Shown: piece by piece, positions 47,140 through 55,759 of the stretch
How the letters are laid out: every line of letters starts with the position of its first letter
Numbering within the stretch: the stretch's first letter is position 1
Virus record (IMG/VR): IMGVR_UViG_2895427314_000002
Span: 27,646-91,645 of that record
Strand: one strand, 5' to 3'
Length of the DNA: 64,000 bases
From: a virus
Lineage: Duplodnaviria > Caudoviricetes
Translations under genes and position numbers: made by a program
Notes under the pieces: generated by a model
The model's input: only the letters and a program-made list of their open reading frames with translations
Told to the model about the DNA's origin: nothing
Databases searched by the model: none

Positions 47140-47531
47140 GCGAGCGCGTGATCGAGGTGGACGTGCGGCTGGACCTGCACGTCACCCCCGAGCAACTGGC
47201 CGGTGAGATAGGACGTGCGGCAGCCAAGGGCCTGTACCTGGCATGCGAGCACGTCTTGACGACCGCGTCCCCGCGTGTGCCATATCAGTCCGGCGACCTG
47301 GAGCGCTCTGGTGACCCCACGAGCCGGCCCGGATCGATCGCCGTAGACAACGGCAAGCTGGAGGGGATGATCGGCTACGACACCCCGTACGCGGTGGCGC
47401 AGCACGAGGAGTTGGACTGGGACCATCCGCTCAGGGGCGAACCCAAGTGGTTGGAGCTCACGCTCTACGAGGAGATGGCCACGGTCAGGCGCATCGTCGC
47501 TACACAGATTCGGCGGGCGCTGCGTTCATGA
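47136..47531 (+). CDS. neck/minor capsid protein (HK97 gp10-like)
   Basis: VP..SGDL.RS, YDTPYAV.QHE. Confidence 0.8.
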   Translation: MSERVIEVDVRLDLHVTPEQLAGEIGRAAAKGLYLACEHVLTTASPRVPYQSGDLERSGDPTSRPGSIAVDNGKLEGMIGYDTPYAVAQHEELDWDHPLRGEPKWLELTLYEEMATVRRIVATQIRRALRS

Positions 47532-47989
47532 CGACGCCCCTGCCTGGTCAGTTCTCCCGTGCTCTGCTGAACGGGCTGGCCGAGTTGCTCGCTGCTCGGG
47601 GTGTGGGCGTCTGGTCGCCCATCGGCAAGTACCTGGCGGACCAGCTCGCGCTCACGATCGGCGGCCTGCCCTCCACCCCGGACACGGCGATCTCACTGGC
47701 GGTGTACGGCACCGCCGGTGACGACCTGGAGGGCGGGGATTCGATCGTCCTCGTGCAATTCCGGATGCGGGCCAAGGGCGACCCGCGTGACGTTGGTGAC
47801 TACGCTGATGCGGTCTTCTCGGTGCTGCACGGCCTGACCGAGACGCGGCTACCGTCCGGAGTGCTGGTGCTGCTCGCTCGGCGGACGGTGGTGGCGCCGC
47901 CGTCGCGTGACTCCTCCGGCCGGTGGGAGCGCGCCGACTCCTACGAGCTGATGGTGCACTGGCCCACCGTCCAGCGGGACGACGAATAG
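47528..47989 (+). CDS. tail terminator
   Basis: VQFR.R...A..VF..LHG...D..GRWE. Confidence 0.78.
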   Translation: MTTPLPGQFSRALLNGLAELLAARGVGVWSPIGKYLADQLALTIGGLPSTPDTAISLAVYGTAGDDLEGGDSIVLVQFRMRAKGDPRDVGDYADAVFSVLHGLTETRLPSGVLVLLARRTVVAPPSRDSSGRWERADSYELMVHWPTVQRDDE

Positions 47990-48035
47990 CCCCCGCTCTC
48001 TTCCTCCACCTTTTCGCACGAACGGAGTAACGATC

Positions 48036-48512
48036 ATGGCTCTGGTGAGCATGCTCGCCAAGCACTGGCGCATGGACGTCAACACCGCCGGGCCGGGCGC
48101 GGCCACCCCCGCGTGGGTGATCGTGCGGGGGCTGTCCAAGTTCGAGAAGTCCACTGACGACAACGTCGAGGACGACGGCGACTTCGACGACGAGACGGGC
48201 TACGGCTCCGACGTGGTGACCGAGAGGAAGTGGAAGATCGAGGCCGAGGGGCGCAGGAAGCGGCAGAACACGCAGGTGTTCACCCCCGACGCCGGGCAGG
48301 AGTACATCCGCCAGGCGGCCCGCAAGGTCGGCCTGGGCGCGTTCATCGAGGTCCGCTGGTACCGGCGCGACGGTTCCGACGAGGCGTACCAGGGGCTGTG
48401 CCAGGTCAATGAGTTCAAGATGGGCGGCGAAAAGACCGACCTCGAACCGTTCTCCTTTACCCTGCTCGGCTCCGGCGAGGACGTCGAGATCGACAACCCG
48501 CTGGCGGCATGA
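48036..48512 (+). CDS. major tail tube protein
   Basis: DAGQEYIR, VRWY.R.G..EAY.G, FSFTL.G.G. Confidence 0.85.
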   Translation: MALVSMLAKHWRMDVNTAGPGAATPAWVIVRGLSKFEKSTDDNVEDDGDFDDETGYGSDVVTERKWKIEAEGRRKRQNTQVFTPDAGQEYIRQAARKVGLGAFIEVRWYRRDGSDEAYQGLCQVNEFKMGGEKTDLEPFSFTLLGSGEDVEIDNPLAA

Positions 48513-48994
48513 TGGCCCAGTTCCGGAACCTGGACGAGTTCTTCAATCCCACCCTGCCGCTGCCCATCGGCGCCAAGACGTACGTCGTTCCGCCGCCGGA
48601 CGCCGAGGTGGGCCTGCTGGTGCAGCGGCTCATGCATGCCGGGATCGCCGCCGAGGCCGGACACGAGGTGGACTCCGAAGGGCTGAGCGCCCTCGCCGAG
48701 TCCGTGATCACCAACGAAAGCAAGGACACCGACCTCTACCAGCGGCTGCTCGGCCCGGTCTGGGACGAGATGTTCTCTGACGGGCTGGACTGGCCGGTCA
48801 TCCAGCACGTCGGGGAGACGGTGCTCATCTGGGTCGCGGCAGGGGTGGACGCCGCCGTCAAGCACTGGGACGCCGGCGCGGGGGAAGCGGCGGCCCCGAA
48901 TCGGAGGACTCGCCGGGCGGCGGCGGCGCAGGCCCGATCGACCCGATCACGGGGCTCGCGGAGTGGTACGACCCGGACGACGGGCTCGGACTGA
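48509..48994 (+). CDS. tail assembly chaperone (G-like)
   Basis: Between tail tube and tape measure; PNRRTRR. Confidence 0.85.
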   Translation: MMAQFRNLDEFFNPTLPLPIGAKTYVVPPPDAEVGLLVQRLMHAGIAAEAGHEVDSEGLSALAESVITNESKDTDLYQRLLGPVWDEMFSDGLDWPVIQHVGETVLIWVAAGVDAAVKHWDAGAGEAAAPNRRTRRAAAAQARSTRSRGSRSGTTRTTGSD

Positions 48995-49215
48995 CCGGCG
49001 GGCCCGCCGTGTCCTGGGTGGACCTGCTGACGCGGTGGGAGCTGATCGAAGCCGACCTCCACTCCGAGTACGGGATCGACCTCGACCGGTCCGCCATGCT
49101 GCGCGGCCGGTCGTGGCGATGGCTCCGCACCCGGATCGCCGGGCTCCTCGTGTGTGACTCGCGCCTCGCCCGCGCGCTCGACCCTGGCGACGAGCGGCCC
49201 GGCCGCCGCCGCTAA
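48880..49215 (+). CDS. tail assembly chaperone -1 frameshift extension (GT-like)
   Basis: Slippery G GGG GAA at 48880-48886; the -1 frame is open to TAA at 49215 (WELIEADL..YGIDL...W). Confidence 0.78.
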   Translation, partial: GGSGGPESEDSPGGGGAGPIDPITGLAEWYDPDDGLGLTGGPAVSWVDLLTRWELIEADLHSEYGIDLDRSAMLRGRSWRWLRTRIAGLLVCDSRLARALDPGDERPGRRR

Positions 49216-49234
49216 CCACTCCCTCTCTTCTCTC

Positions 49235-49252
49235 GTTGGCGGTACCGCCAGC
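49235..49252. promoter_or_regulatory. 18-bp palindrome copy GTTGGCGGTACCGCCAGC
   Basis: One mismatch; upstream of the tape measure gene. Confidence 0.75.
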
Positions 49253-49290
49253 GAGCCACCGCCACGACCTGCTGTCGATCGTGAAGGGCG

Positions 49291-51537
49291 GTGGCCGTCG
49301 TGAACGTCGGCGAACTGTTCGCCAGGCTGCGGCTCCGCGACCACCTCACCAACGCGCTCGGCCGCGCCCTCAACTTCTTCAAGTCGAAGGCGAAGGAGTT
49401 CGCCTCCCACGCCGGATCCATCGCGTCCGGCAGCGCCCAGATGGGCACGCGGCTCGCCGCCCTGTCGGTGGCCGGAGCGTCGGCCGCCGCCGGTCTGGCG
49501 TCGGCCGCGCAGGGCGGCGTCGCCCTGGTCGCCGCGCTCGCCCCGGCCATCGGGATCGTCGCGGCGCTGCCGGGGGCCATCGCGCTCTCCCGCGCCGCGA
49601 TGATCACACTCCAGGTCGCGCTGTCCGGCGTGCAGGAGGCCTTCAAGGCCGCGCTCGCCGACGACCCGGCCAAGTTCGCCAAGGCGCTGGAAGGCCTGTC
49701 ACCGGCGGCCCGCGCCGCCGCGATGGAGCTGCGGCTGGCCAAGCCCGCCATCGACGCCTTGCGCTCGTCGGTGCAGGATGCGTTCTTCGCGCCGCTCGCC
49801 GGCCACATCACCGCCGTGGCGTCGGCTCTGTCGGGGCCGCTCACGTCCGGCATGTCCGGGGCGGCCTCCCAGATGGGGCTGGCGGCGGTGGAGGCGGCCC
49901 GGTTCGCCGCTTCCGCGCAGACGTCGGCCGCCGTCACGTCGATCTTCGGTGCGCTGCGGTCGGCGGTCGCCGCGATCCAGCCCGCGATCGTGCCGCTGCT
50001 GGCCGGTTTCCGGGATCTGGCCGTCGTCGGCGCGGGCTTCTCGGCCGGGCTCGTTCCCGGCATCGCCGCGGCGGCGGCCCGGTTCGGCCAGTTCCTGTCG
50101 AACGCTGCCGCCTCCGGGCAGGCGCTCGCGTGGATGCAGGGCGCCGTCGCCGTGTTCCGGCAGCTCGCCAGCATCGCCGGAGACGTGATCGGGATCTTGC
50201 GCGGGGTCTTCTCCGCGATGCAGACCGGCGGCACCGGAGCGCTCGGCGTGGTCGGGCAGCTTCTCGGCCAGGTGAACGCGTTCGTCAACAGCGCGCAGGG
50301 CCAGCAGATCCTCGTCACGATCTTCCAGTCGCTGTCGCAGGTCGGAGGGGCCCTCTTCCCGATCTTCACCGCGCTGGCCGGGTCACTGGCGCTGGTGGCG
50401 CCGCACGTCGCGGCCATCGCGGTCGCCCTGGGGCCGGGGCTGGCCGCCGCCGTGGGTGCGCTCGGGCCTGCGCTGGCGGCGCTCGGTCCTGGGCTGACCG
50501 TGGTGGCGCAGATGCTCTCGGCGGCCTTCGCCAATCCGCTCCTTCAGGCGGGGCTGCTTGCGCTCGGTCAAGGGATCTCGGCTGTGCTGACGGCGGCGGC
50601 TCCGCTGCTGCCGGTGATCGGGCAGCTCGCCGGGATCTTGGGCCAGATCCTGGGCGCCGCGCTGGCCAATCTGTCGGCCGTACTCGGGCCCGTGATTTCT
50701 GCCCTTTCGTCCAGTTTGCAGCCTATTCTTCCGGTTTTGTCTCAGGCGGTCACCGAGCTGGCGGCGGCCACGGCCCCGCTCGCGGCGGCTTACGGGCAGC
50801 TCCTGGCCCAAGCCCTGAAAATGATCTTGCCGCCGTTGCTGCAGCTCGCCCAGAGCTTGCTGCCGCCGATCCTCGACCTGGTCAAGGCCATGATCCCGCT
50901 GGTGACGTCGTGGGTCGGCGAACTGTCCAAGATCCTCGGCGTCATTCAGCCGATCATCCCACCACTGGTGCAGATCGGGACGGCGCTACTGCCCGTCTGG
51001 ATCAAGATCATCACCGCCGTGGTCAAGCTGCTGCAAGGCGACTTCCGGGGCGCCCTCCAATCGATCATGTCGGCCATCAAGGGCTTCGGCGACACGATCA
51101 CGAACGCCGGAAAAGCCCTCATGGAAGGGCTCTGGAACGGCATCGTCGCCGCCGGAAACCAGATCAAATCCCGCATCGTCGGCTTCCTCCGCTCCATCCT
51201 CCCGCAGCCCGTCCTCGACTTCCTCGGCATCGCCAGCCCCAGCAAGCTGTTCGCCTGGATGGGCCGCCAGGTCCCCGCCGGGCTCGCGCTCGGCATCACC
51301 CGCGGCGGCGGCCTCGTCCGCGCCGCCGTCCAGCGCATGGCCGGGATCGTCGCCGGCGCGGGCATCCCCGACGTGCCCATGCCCGGCCTCGCCGTCCCCG
51401 GCGGCGGCGCGGCGGGAGGGCTCGGCGGCACGGCACGGACGGTGATCCACCAGACGAACTACTACCCGCAGGCCGAACCGACCTCGACGTCCGTCAACCG
51501 CGGGCTCCAGCTCGCGGGCGCACTGGGGGTGATCTGA
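49291..51537 (+). CDS. tape measure protein
   Basis: 748 aa Ala/Leu/Gly-rich helical repeats; LGIASPSKLF. Confidence 0.92.
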   Translation: MAVVNVGELFARLRLRDHLTNALGRALNFFKSKAKEFASHAGSIASGSAQMGTRLAALSVAGASAAAGLASAAQGGVALVAALAPAIGIVAALPGAIALSRAAMITLQVALSGVQEAFKAALADDPAKFAKALEGLSPAARAAAMELRLAKPAIDALRSSVQDAFFAPLAGHITAVASALSGPLTSGMSGAASQMGLAAVEAARFAASAQTSAAVTSIFGALRSAVAAIQPAIVPLLAGFRDLAVVGAGFSAGLVPGIAAAAARFGQFLSNAAASGQALAWMQGAVAVFRQLASIAGDVIGILRGVFSAMQTGGTGALGVVGQLLGQVNAFVNSAQGQQILVTIFQSLSQVGGALFPIFTALAGSLALVAPHVAAIAVALGPGLAAAVGALGPALAALGPGLTVVAQMLSAAFANPLLQAGLLALGQGISAVLTAAAPLLPVIGQLAGILGQILGAALANLSAVLGPVISALSSSLQPILPVLSQAVTELAAATAPLAAAYGQLLAQALKMILPPLLQLAQSLLPPILDLVKAMIPLVTSWVGELSKILGVIQPIIPPLVQIGTALLPVWIKIITAVVKLLQGDFRGALQSIMSAIKGFGDTITNAGKALMEGLWNGIVAAGNQIKSRIVGFLRSILPQPVLDFLGIASPSKLFAWMGRQVPAGLALGITRGGGLVRAAVQRMAGIVAGAGIPDVPMPGLAVPGGGAAGGLGGTARTVIHQTNYYPQAEPTSTSVNRGLQLAGALGVI

Positions 51538-51539
51538 CC

Positions 51540-52421
51540 GTGCCGCAGTACCACCTGGACGGCGTGCCGCTCGACCATCCCGGCGGCTGCTGGCGGCTGA
51601 AGAAGGGCACCCAGCGGCGTCCGCTCCCTGGCGCACGTGCGGTGCGGGTCACCGTGCCCGGCCGCGCGGGGGAGCTGCCGATCACGGGCCTGGACCACGA
51701 GCTCACCTCGTTCAGCCTGGTGTTCTCGGTGACCGGCGCGACCCCGGCCGGGGCGGACGGCGGCTTCGCCCAGCTCGAAACCAACCTCGAAGCCCTCAGC
51801 GCGTTGCTAGGGGTGCGGCACCGGCTCATGAGCCTCCGCTACACCGCGGGCGGCATCGTCCGCGTCGCCGACGTGACCATCGTCGCTGCGAGCGAACCGG
51901 AGCTGTGGGTCGGCGCCGCCCGCGCCCGCCTCACGGCGGTCGTCGAGGTGCCGTCCGTCTACTGGCGCGACGAGACCACGACCACATGGGCCGGGAATGC
52001 CGACGCCGACGACCAGCCCATCACCACCCTGGCCGGCTCGACCGCGCCCATCGTGGACTCGGTCATCCGGGTCACGGGCCCCATCTCGTCGATCACCGTG
52101 ACCGACGTGGCCACCCAAGGGAAGCTCGGCCTGCTCACGCCGGGCTCGAACAGTCTGGCGGCGGGGGAGCGGCTGCTGCTCGATTGCGCCGCCATGCGCG
52201 CCGCGCTCGTCACGACCGACACCTGGGACCTCGCGGCCGGGAGCGATCGGACCGGGGTTGTCTCCGTGTTCGGGCCAGGAAGCGCGTCGCGCTGGCTGCA
52301 CCTCACCCCAGCCGTGGCACTCGGTGACCCGTTCTCCCGGGCGGTACTCATCTCGTGCTCCGGCTCCGGCGTCACCGCCGCGTCCCGGCTGGAGCTTCGG
52401 GCGCGGCGGTCATTTCTCTAA
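51540..52421 (+). CDS. distal tail / minor tail protein
   Basis: Follows the tape measure; VPGRAG, GSTAP..D, ends RARRSFL. Confidence 0.82.
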   Translation: MPQYHLDGVPLDHPGGCWRLKKGTQRRPLPGARAVRVTVPGRAGELPITGLDHELTSFSLVFSVTGATPAGADGGFAQLETNLEALSALLGVRHRLMSLRYTAGGIVRVADVTIVAASEPELWVGAARARLTAVVEVPSVYWRDETTTTWAGNADADDQPITTLAGSTAPIVDSVIRVTGPISSITVTDVATQGKLGLLTPGSNSLAAGERLLLDCAAMRAALVTTDTWDLAAGSDRTGVVSVFGPGSASRWLHLTPAVALGDPFSRAVLISCSGSGVTAASRLELRARRSFL

Positions 52422-52740
52422 TGGAGTGAAGATGCTCTGTAACGCGGTGGGATAAATCTAATAACTAGAAGTAGCCTCTTCCCCCGGCGATCACGTACCG
52501 TAACCGGATGTGAGCAAAAGGTAGCGCAGGGCAGGGCGACATGGTAGTCTTTCGCACACTCCTGGCGGAATGAGCCGCACAAAGTAATGCTCGACTTCCC
52601 GCACCTCGTCAAAGGTTCAGCTAACCTAGGCGACACCGGGAATTTCGCCGGGAAACACAAAGACCCCGATCCCAAGCGCCTGCAGACGTCGGATCGGGGC
52701 CTTGCGCGAGGCTCAGCTGGGTGCCACCGCGAGGTGGTAG

Positions 52741-52854
52741 CTAGCTGAGTCCTCCGTATTTGAGCGACCAGTCGAGAAGGATCAGCAACAGCTGCAAGAG
52801 CAACAGCAGCTTCTCCTCGTCGTTGTCATCTGGCCCCTCGTGAAGGGGGAACAC
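52741..52854 (-). CDS. 37-aa Leu-rich peptide (absent from ORF track)
   Basis: MFPLHEGPDDNDEEKLLLLLQLLLILLDWSLKYGGLS; GGAAAGAGAG upstream. Confidence 0.45.
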   Translation of the reverse strand: MFPLHEGPDDNDEEKLLLLLQLLLILLDWSLKYGGLS

Positions 52855-53155
52855 GGCAGAGATCTCTCTTTCCCGGACCGGCTTGGTGCCTTGTGGGTGA
52901 CCGCGGTCCGTGTCGGTCGGCCCCTAGGGAGTCGCCGACCGGCTCAGTGAGACTTGCATGCCCTCCATGTCAATGAATCGTAGTGGGCGCGGGAGTTCGC
53001 GAGGCAAATTTCAGCATCACATCCAAAAGTTTTTTTGCGCACTTGCGCCCGATTTGAGCTACTCGGTACCGATTTTTTCGAGAGATCCGAACGCGATTTC
53101 TTTTCATTTCAATGCGCTGTCGCGTCAAATATAGATAATGGGACGGGGGACCTGT

Positions 53156-54310
53156 GTGTATGATCTCCGCCTCGTCGCTTACACCCCCAACGGGGCACGC
53201 CTGGGCATCCTTCCGCATCCTCTGTTCATCCAGGTCGCCTGGCCTCTCAACGACGTCCCCTCGCTGAAGTTCGCGTACAGCACCCACGCGGTCGGCGCGC
53301 ACCTCCTCGCTCAGCCGTGCGAGATCGGCGTGCAGTGGTCAGCGGACGGCGCGATCTGGATCGAGAACGGCGACGGCCGCTTCATCCTGGCCCGCCGCGA
53401 AGGCGACCAGCTCGACCGCTCCGGCCTCTGGCGGTTCGACTGCCCCTCCTACCTGTGGGTGCTGCGCAAGGCAGTCACGTACGCGCACGCCTCCATCGCC
53501 CCGGTCAACGGCCAGCGCGTCTACGGCTCCCCGACGCCGAACGCGACGGCCGGGTTCATCATGAACTCGCTGCTGACAGAGGCGCAGGCGCGCGGCGCCC
53601 TGGCCGGATTCGCCTGGACGTTCACCGGCAGCCTCGACACCGCGGGCCTGACCTGGAACCAGACCTTCGGCCTGGGCATCCCGCTCGGCACCGACGTGCT
53701 CGCCGTGCTGCTGACGCTGGTGGAGGCGGGCCTGATCGACATCCGCATGACCGGTCCCCGCACCCTGTCCGCGTGGCGGCCGGGCACCGCCGTCTTCCGC
53801 GACCTCACCACCATCCCCACGCCCGTCGAGCTTGCCGCCGGCCGCGACGTCCGCACAGCCCCTGACGTCGGCACCCTGGAAGACCTGGCCAGTGCCGCGT
53901 ACGTCGTCGGCGACAGCAGCTTCCGCACCGAGCGCGTCAACATCGGCACGCCGCTGCCGTGGGGCCGGTGGGAGGTCGGCGTCCGCCAGGTCGGCGTGAC
54001 CGAGGCGACCGCGGCCACGCTGGTGGGCGACTCCCTGCTCGTGCGCGGCGCGGTCGAGCGGGTCCAGCGCACCCGCGAGCTGTCCTTCGCCCACGGCGCA
54101 CGCTGGCTACCGCTGCGGGACTACCTGCCTGGCGACCGCATCTGGGCCCCCGGCAACGCAGGGCAGCGGGTCGCGCTGCGCGTCCGGCAGATCACCCTCA
54201 CCCGCACCGACCGAGGCGTGGTGTCCGGGAACCTCGTCCTCGATGACCGGCTCGCCGACCAGGAGATCCGGTTACGCCGCCGCATCGCAGGCATGTCGAT
54301 CAGACCATAG
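53156..54310 (+). CDS. minor tail/baseplate hub protein, short paralog
   Basis: LRL.AY.PNG.RLG.LPH...PLNDVPSLK, PWGRWE, LRVRQIT. Confidence 0.82.
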   Translation: MYDLRLVAYTPNGARLGILPHPLFIQVAWPLNDVPSLKFAYSTHAVGAHLLAQPCEIGVQWSADGAIWIENGDGRFILARREGDQLDRSGLWRFDCPSYLWVLRKAVTYAHASIAPVNGQRVYGSPTPNATAGFIMNSLLTEAQARGALAGFAWTFTGSLDTAGLTWNQTFGLGIPLGTDVLAVLLTLVEAGLIDIRMTGPRTLSAWRPGTAVFRDLTTIPTPVELAAGRDVRTAPDVGTLEDLASAAYVVGDSSFRTERVNIGTPLPWGRWEVGVRQVGVTEATAATLVGDSLLVRGAVERVQRTRELSFAHGARWLPLRDYLPGDRIWAPGNAGQRVALRVRQITLTRTDRGVVSGNLVLDDRLADQEIRLRRRIAGMSIRP

Positions 54311-54321
54311 CCCCAGGGTGA

Positions 54322-55665
54322 TCAGACGAAGAACGTAGTTTCATCGACTAGAGCTACCTTTCTTATTTCGTCCTCCGTGACTCCAACTACTTCGCCCAGG
54401 TACGCGCCGCGCAGGTCCGCCTCGGTCAGGTTCGCACCGCTCAAGTTGGCGCCGATCAGGTCCGCGCCGCGCAGGTCCGCACCGCTCAGGTTCGTGACGC
54501 GTAGGGTCGCTTCGGTGAATTTCGCGCGGGTTAGGTTCGTGCCGGTCAGGTTCGCGAGAGTCAGGTTCGTGCCGATCAGGTCCGCGAGGTTCAGGTCCGC
54601 GCCGCGCAGGTCCACACTGCTCAGATCCGCACGGGTCAGGTCAGATGCGCTCAGACCCGCGTGGTGCAGGTCCGCGCCGGTCAGGACCGCATCGGTCAGG
54701 ACCGCATCGGTCAGGACCGCATCGATCAGAGTCGCCTCGATCAGAGTCGCGTGGTGCAGGGCCGCGCCGGTCAGGTCCGCGCCGGTCAGGTCCGCGAGGT
54801 TCAGAGTCGCATCGCGCAGGTTCGCACCGCGTAGAGCAGCCCCAGGAGTCCGGATCTCGGCAAGATTAGGCCTACGTACAGCTCGGGTACCGTCTCGACG
54901 GCTGATGACGGTCAACGCCGCCTGGACATCAGTGGCTGGCTTGTCAGGGAGATCCTTCGCTTTGACGCTGGGTTTCGGATCGTGCTCGCGAACAAACGCG
55001 GTCAGCACGTCGTAAACGGTCCCATGATCGCGCGGGGAGTCTTGCGCGAGCCGCTCCAACGCGTACAGGCCCCCGAGACGGACGTCCAGCGTAGTGGAGC
55101 CGAGTTGTTCGACCGCCTTGGTGTACCGATCGGTAATCAGCCCCTGTTCCGCTGTCCGCTGAGCCTGCCGGGAAGCGTCTAGGGACTGCGCCGTGTACCA
55201 CAGGCCCTGTGCTGTGAAGACGACACCGCCGATGACGACCAAGCCGGTGGCAGCCTGAATCAGGGTGTGGCGGGCTGCGTTGACAGCTTCGACGCGTTCG
55301 GTGGCGGTCATCTGCTGACGCTCGGTCGGCGTCAGCGGGTGGCGTTCGCCGGCCAGGCGGCGTGCGGCGGGTCCGACGAGTACGGCGATGGCGAGGACGG
55401 AGATTCCGGCTAGTGCGGTACCGGCCAGGGTCCAGCGTCCCCACTCTGGGATGGTCGCGATGGCCGCGGCGACGGAGGCTCCGGCGATTCCCAGCAGAAG
55501 CGGAGCCAGCCACAGTAAGCGCCGGAGCCGTCGTCGAGCAGGTATCTCGGCCGGAACGGAGGCTGGCAGAGGCTCGGCTTCAGCTCTGGCCATCCGACGT
55601 GCCTTCGCTGTGGTCGCTGCTGCAATGACCTGCCGGGCGGGCGGCCGCAAGTGTCTAGCTGACAT
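54322..55665 (-). CDS. membrane-anchored pentapeptide-repeat protein (moron 2)
   Basis: 3 TM, RYTKAVEQLGS...RLGGLYALERLAQD, long A(D/N)L.. repeats. Confidence 0.9.
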   Translation of the reverse strand: MSARHLRPPARQVIAAATTAKARRMARAEAEPLPASVPAEIPARRRLRRLLWLAPLLLGIAGASVAAAIATIPEWGRWTLAGTALAGISVLAIAVLVGPAARRLAGERHPLTPTERQQMTATERVEAVNAARHTLIQAATGLVVIGGVVFTAQGLWYTAQSLDASRQAQRTAEQGLITDRYTKAVEQLGSTTLDVRLGGLYALERLAQDSPRDHGTVYDVLTAFVREHDPKPSVKAKDLPDKPATDVQAALTVISRRDGTRAVRRPNLAEIRTPGAALRGANLRDATLNLADLTGADLTGAALHHATLIEATLIDAVLTDAVLTDAVLTGADLHHAGLSASDLTRADLSSVDLRGADLNLADLIGTNLTLANLTGTNLTRAKFTEATLRVTNLSGADLRGADLIGANLSGANLTEADLRGAYLGEVVGVTEDEIRKVALVDETTFFV

Positions 55666-55759
55666 GGCCTCATTGCACCCGTGCTTCGCGTGGTGGGTGC
55701 TTCGAGTGCTGCAACCGTTACCGCAGGCGGACGATCGTGACGCCCTTTCTGGAGGATTC

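Noticed and set aside
54380-54840. Tandem 15-bp DNA repeats
   Set aside because: Explained by pentapeptide coding on the minus strand; likewise the 9-bp repeats at 11940-12260 are collagen codons
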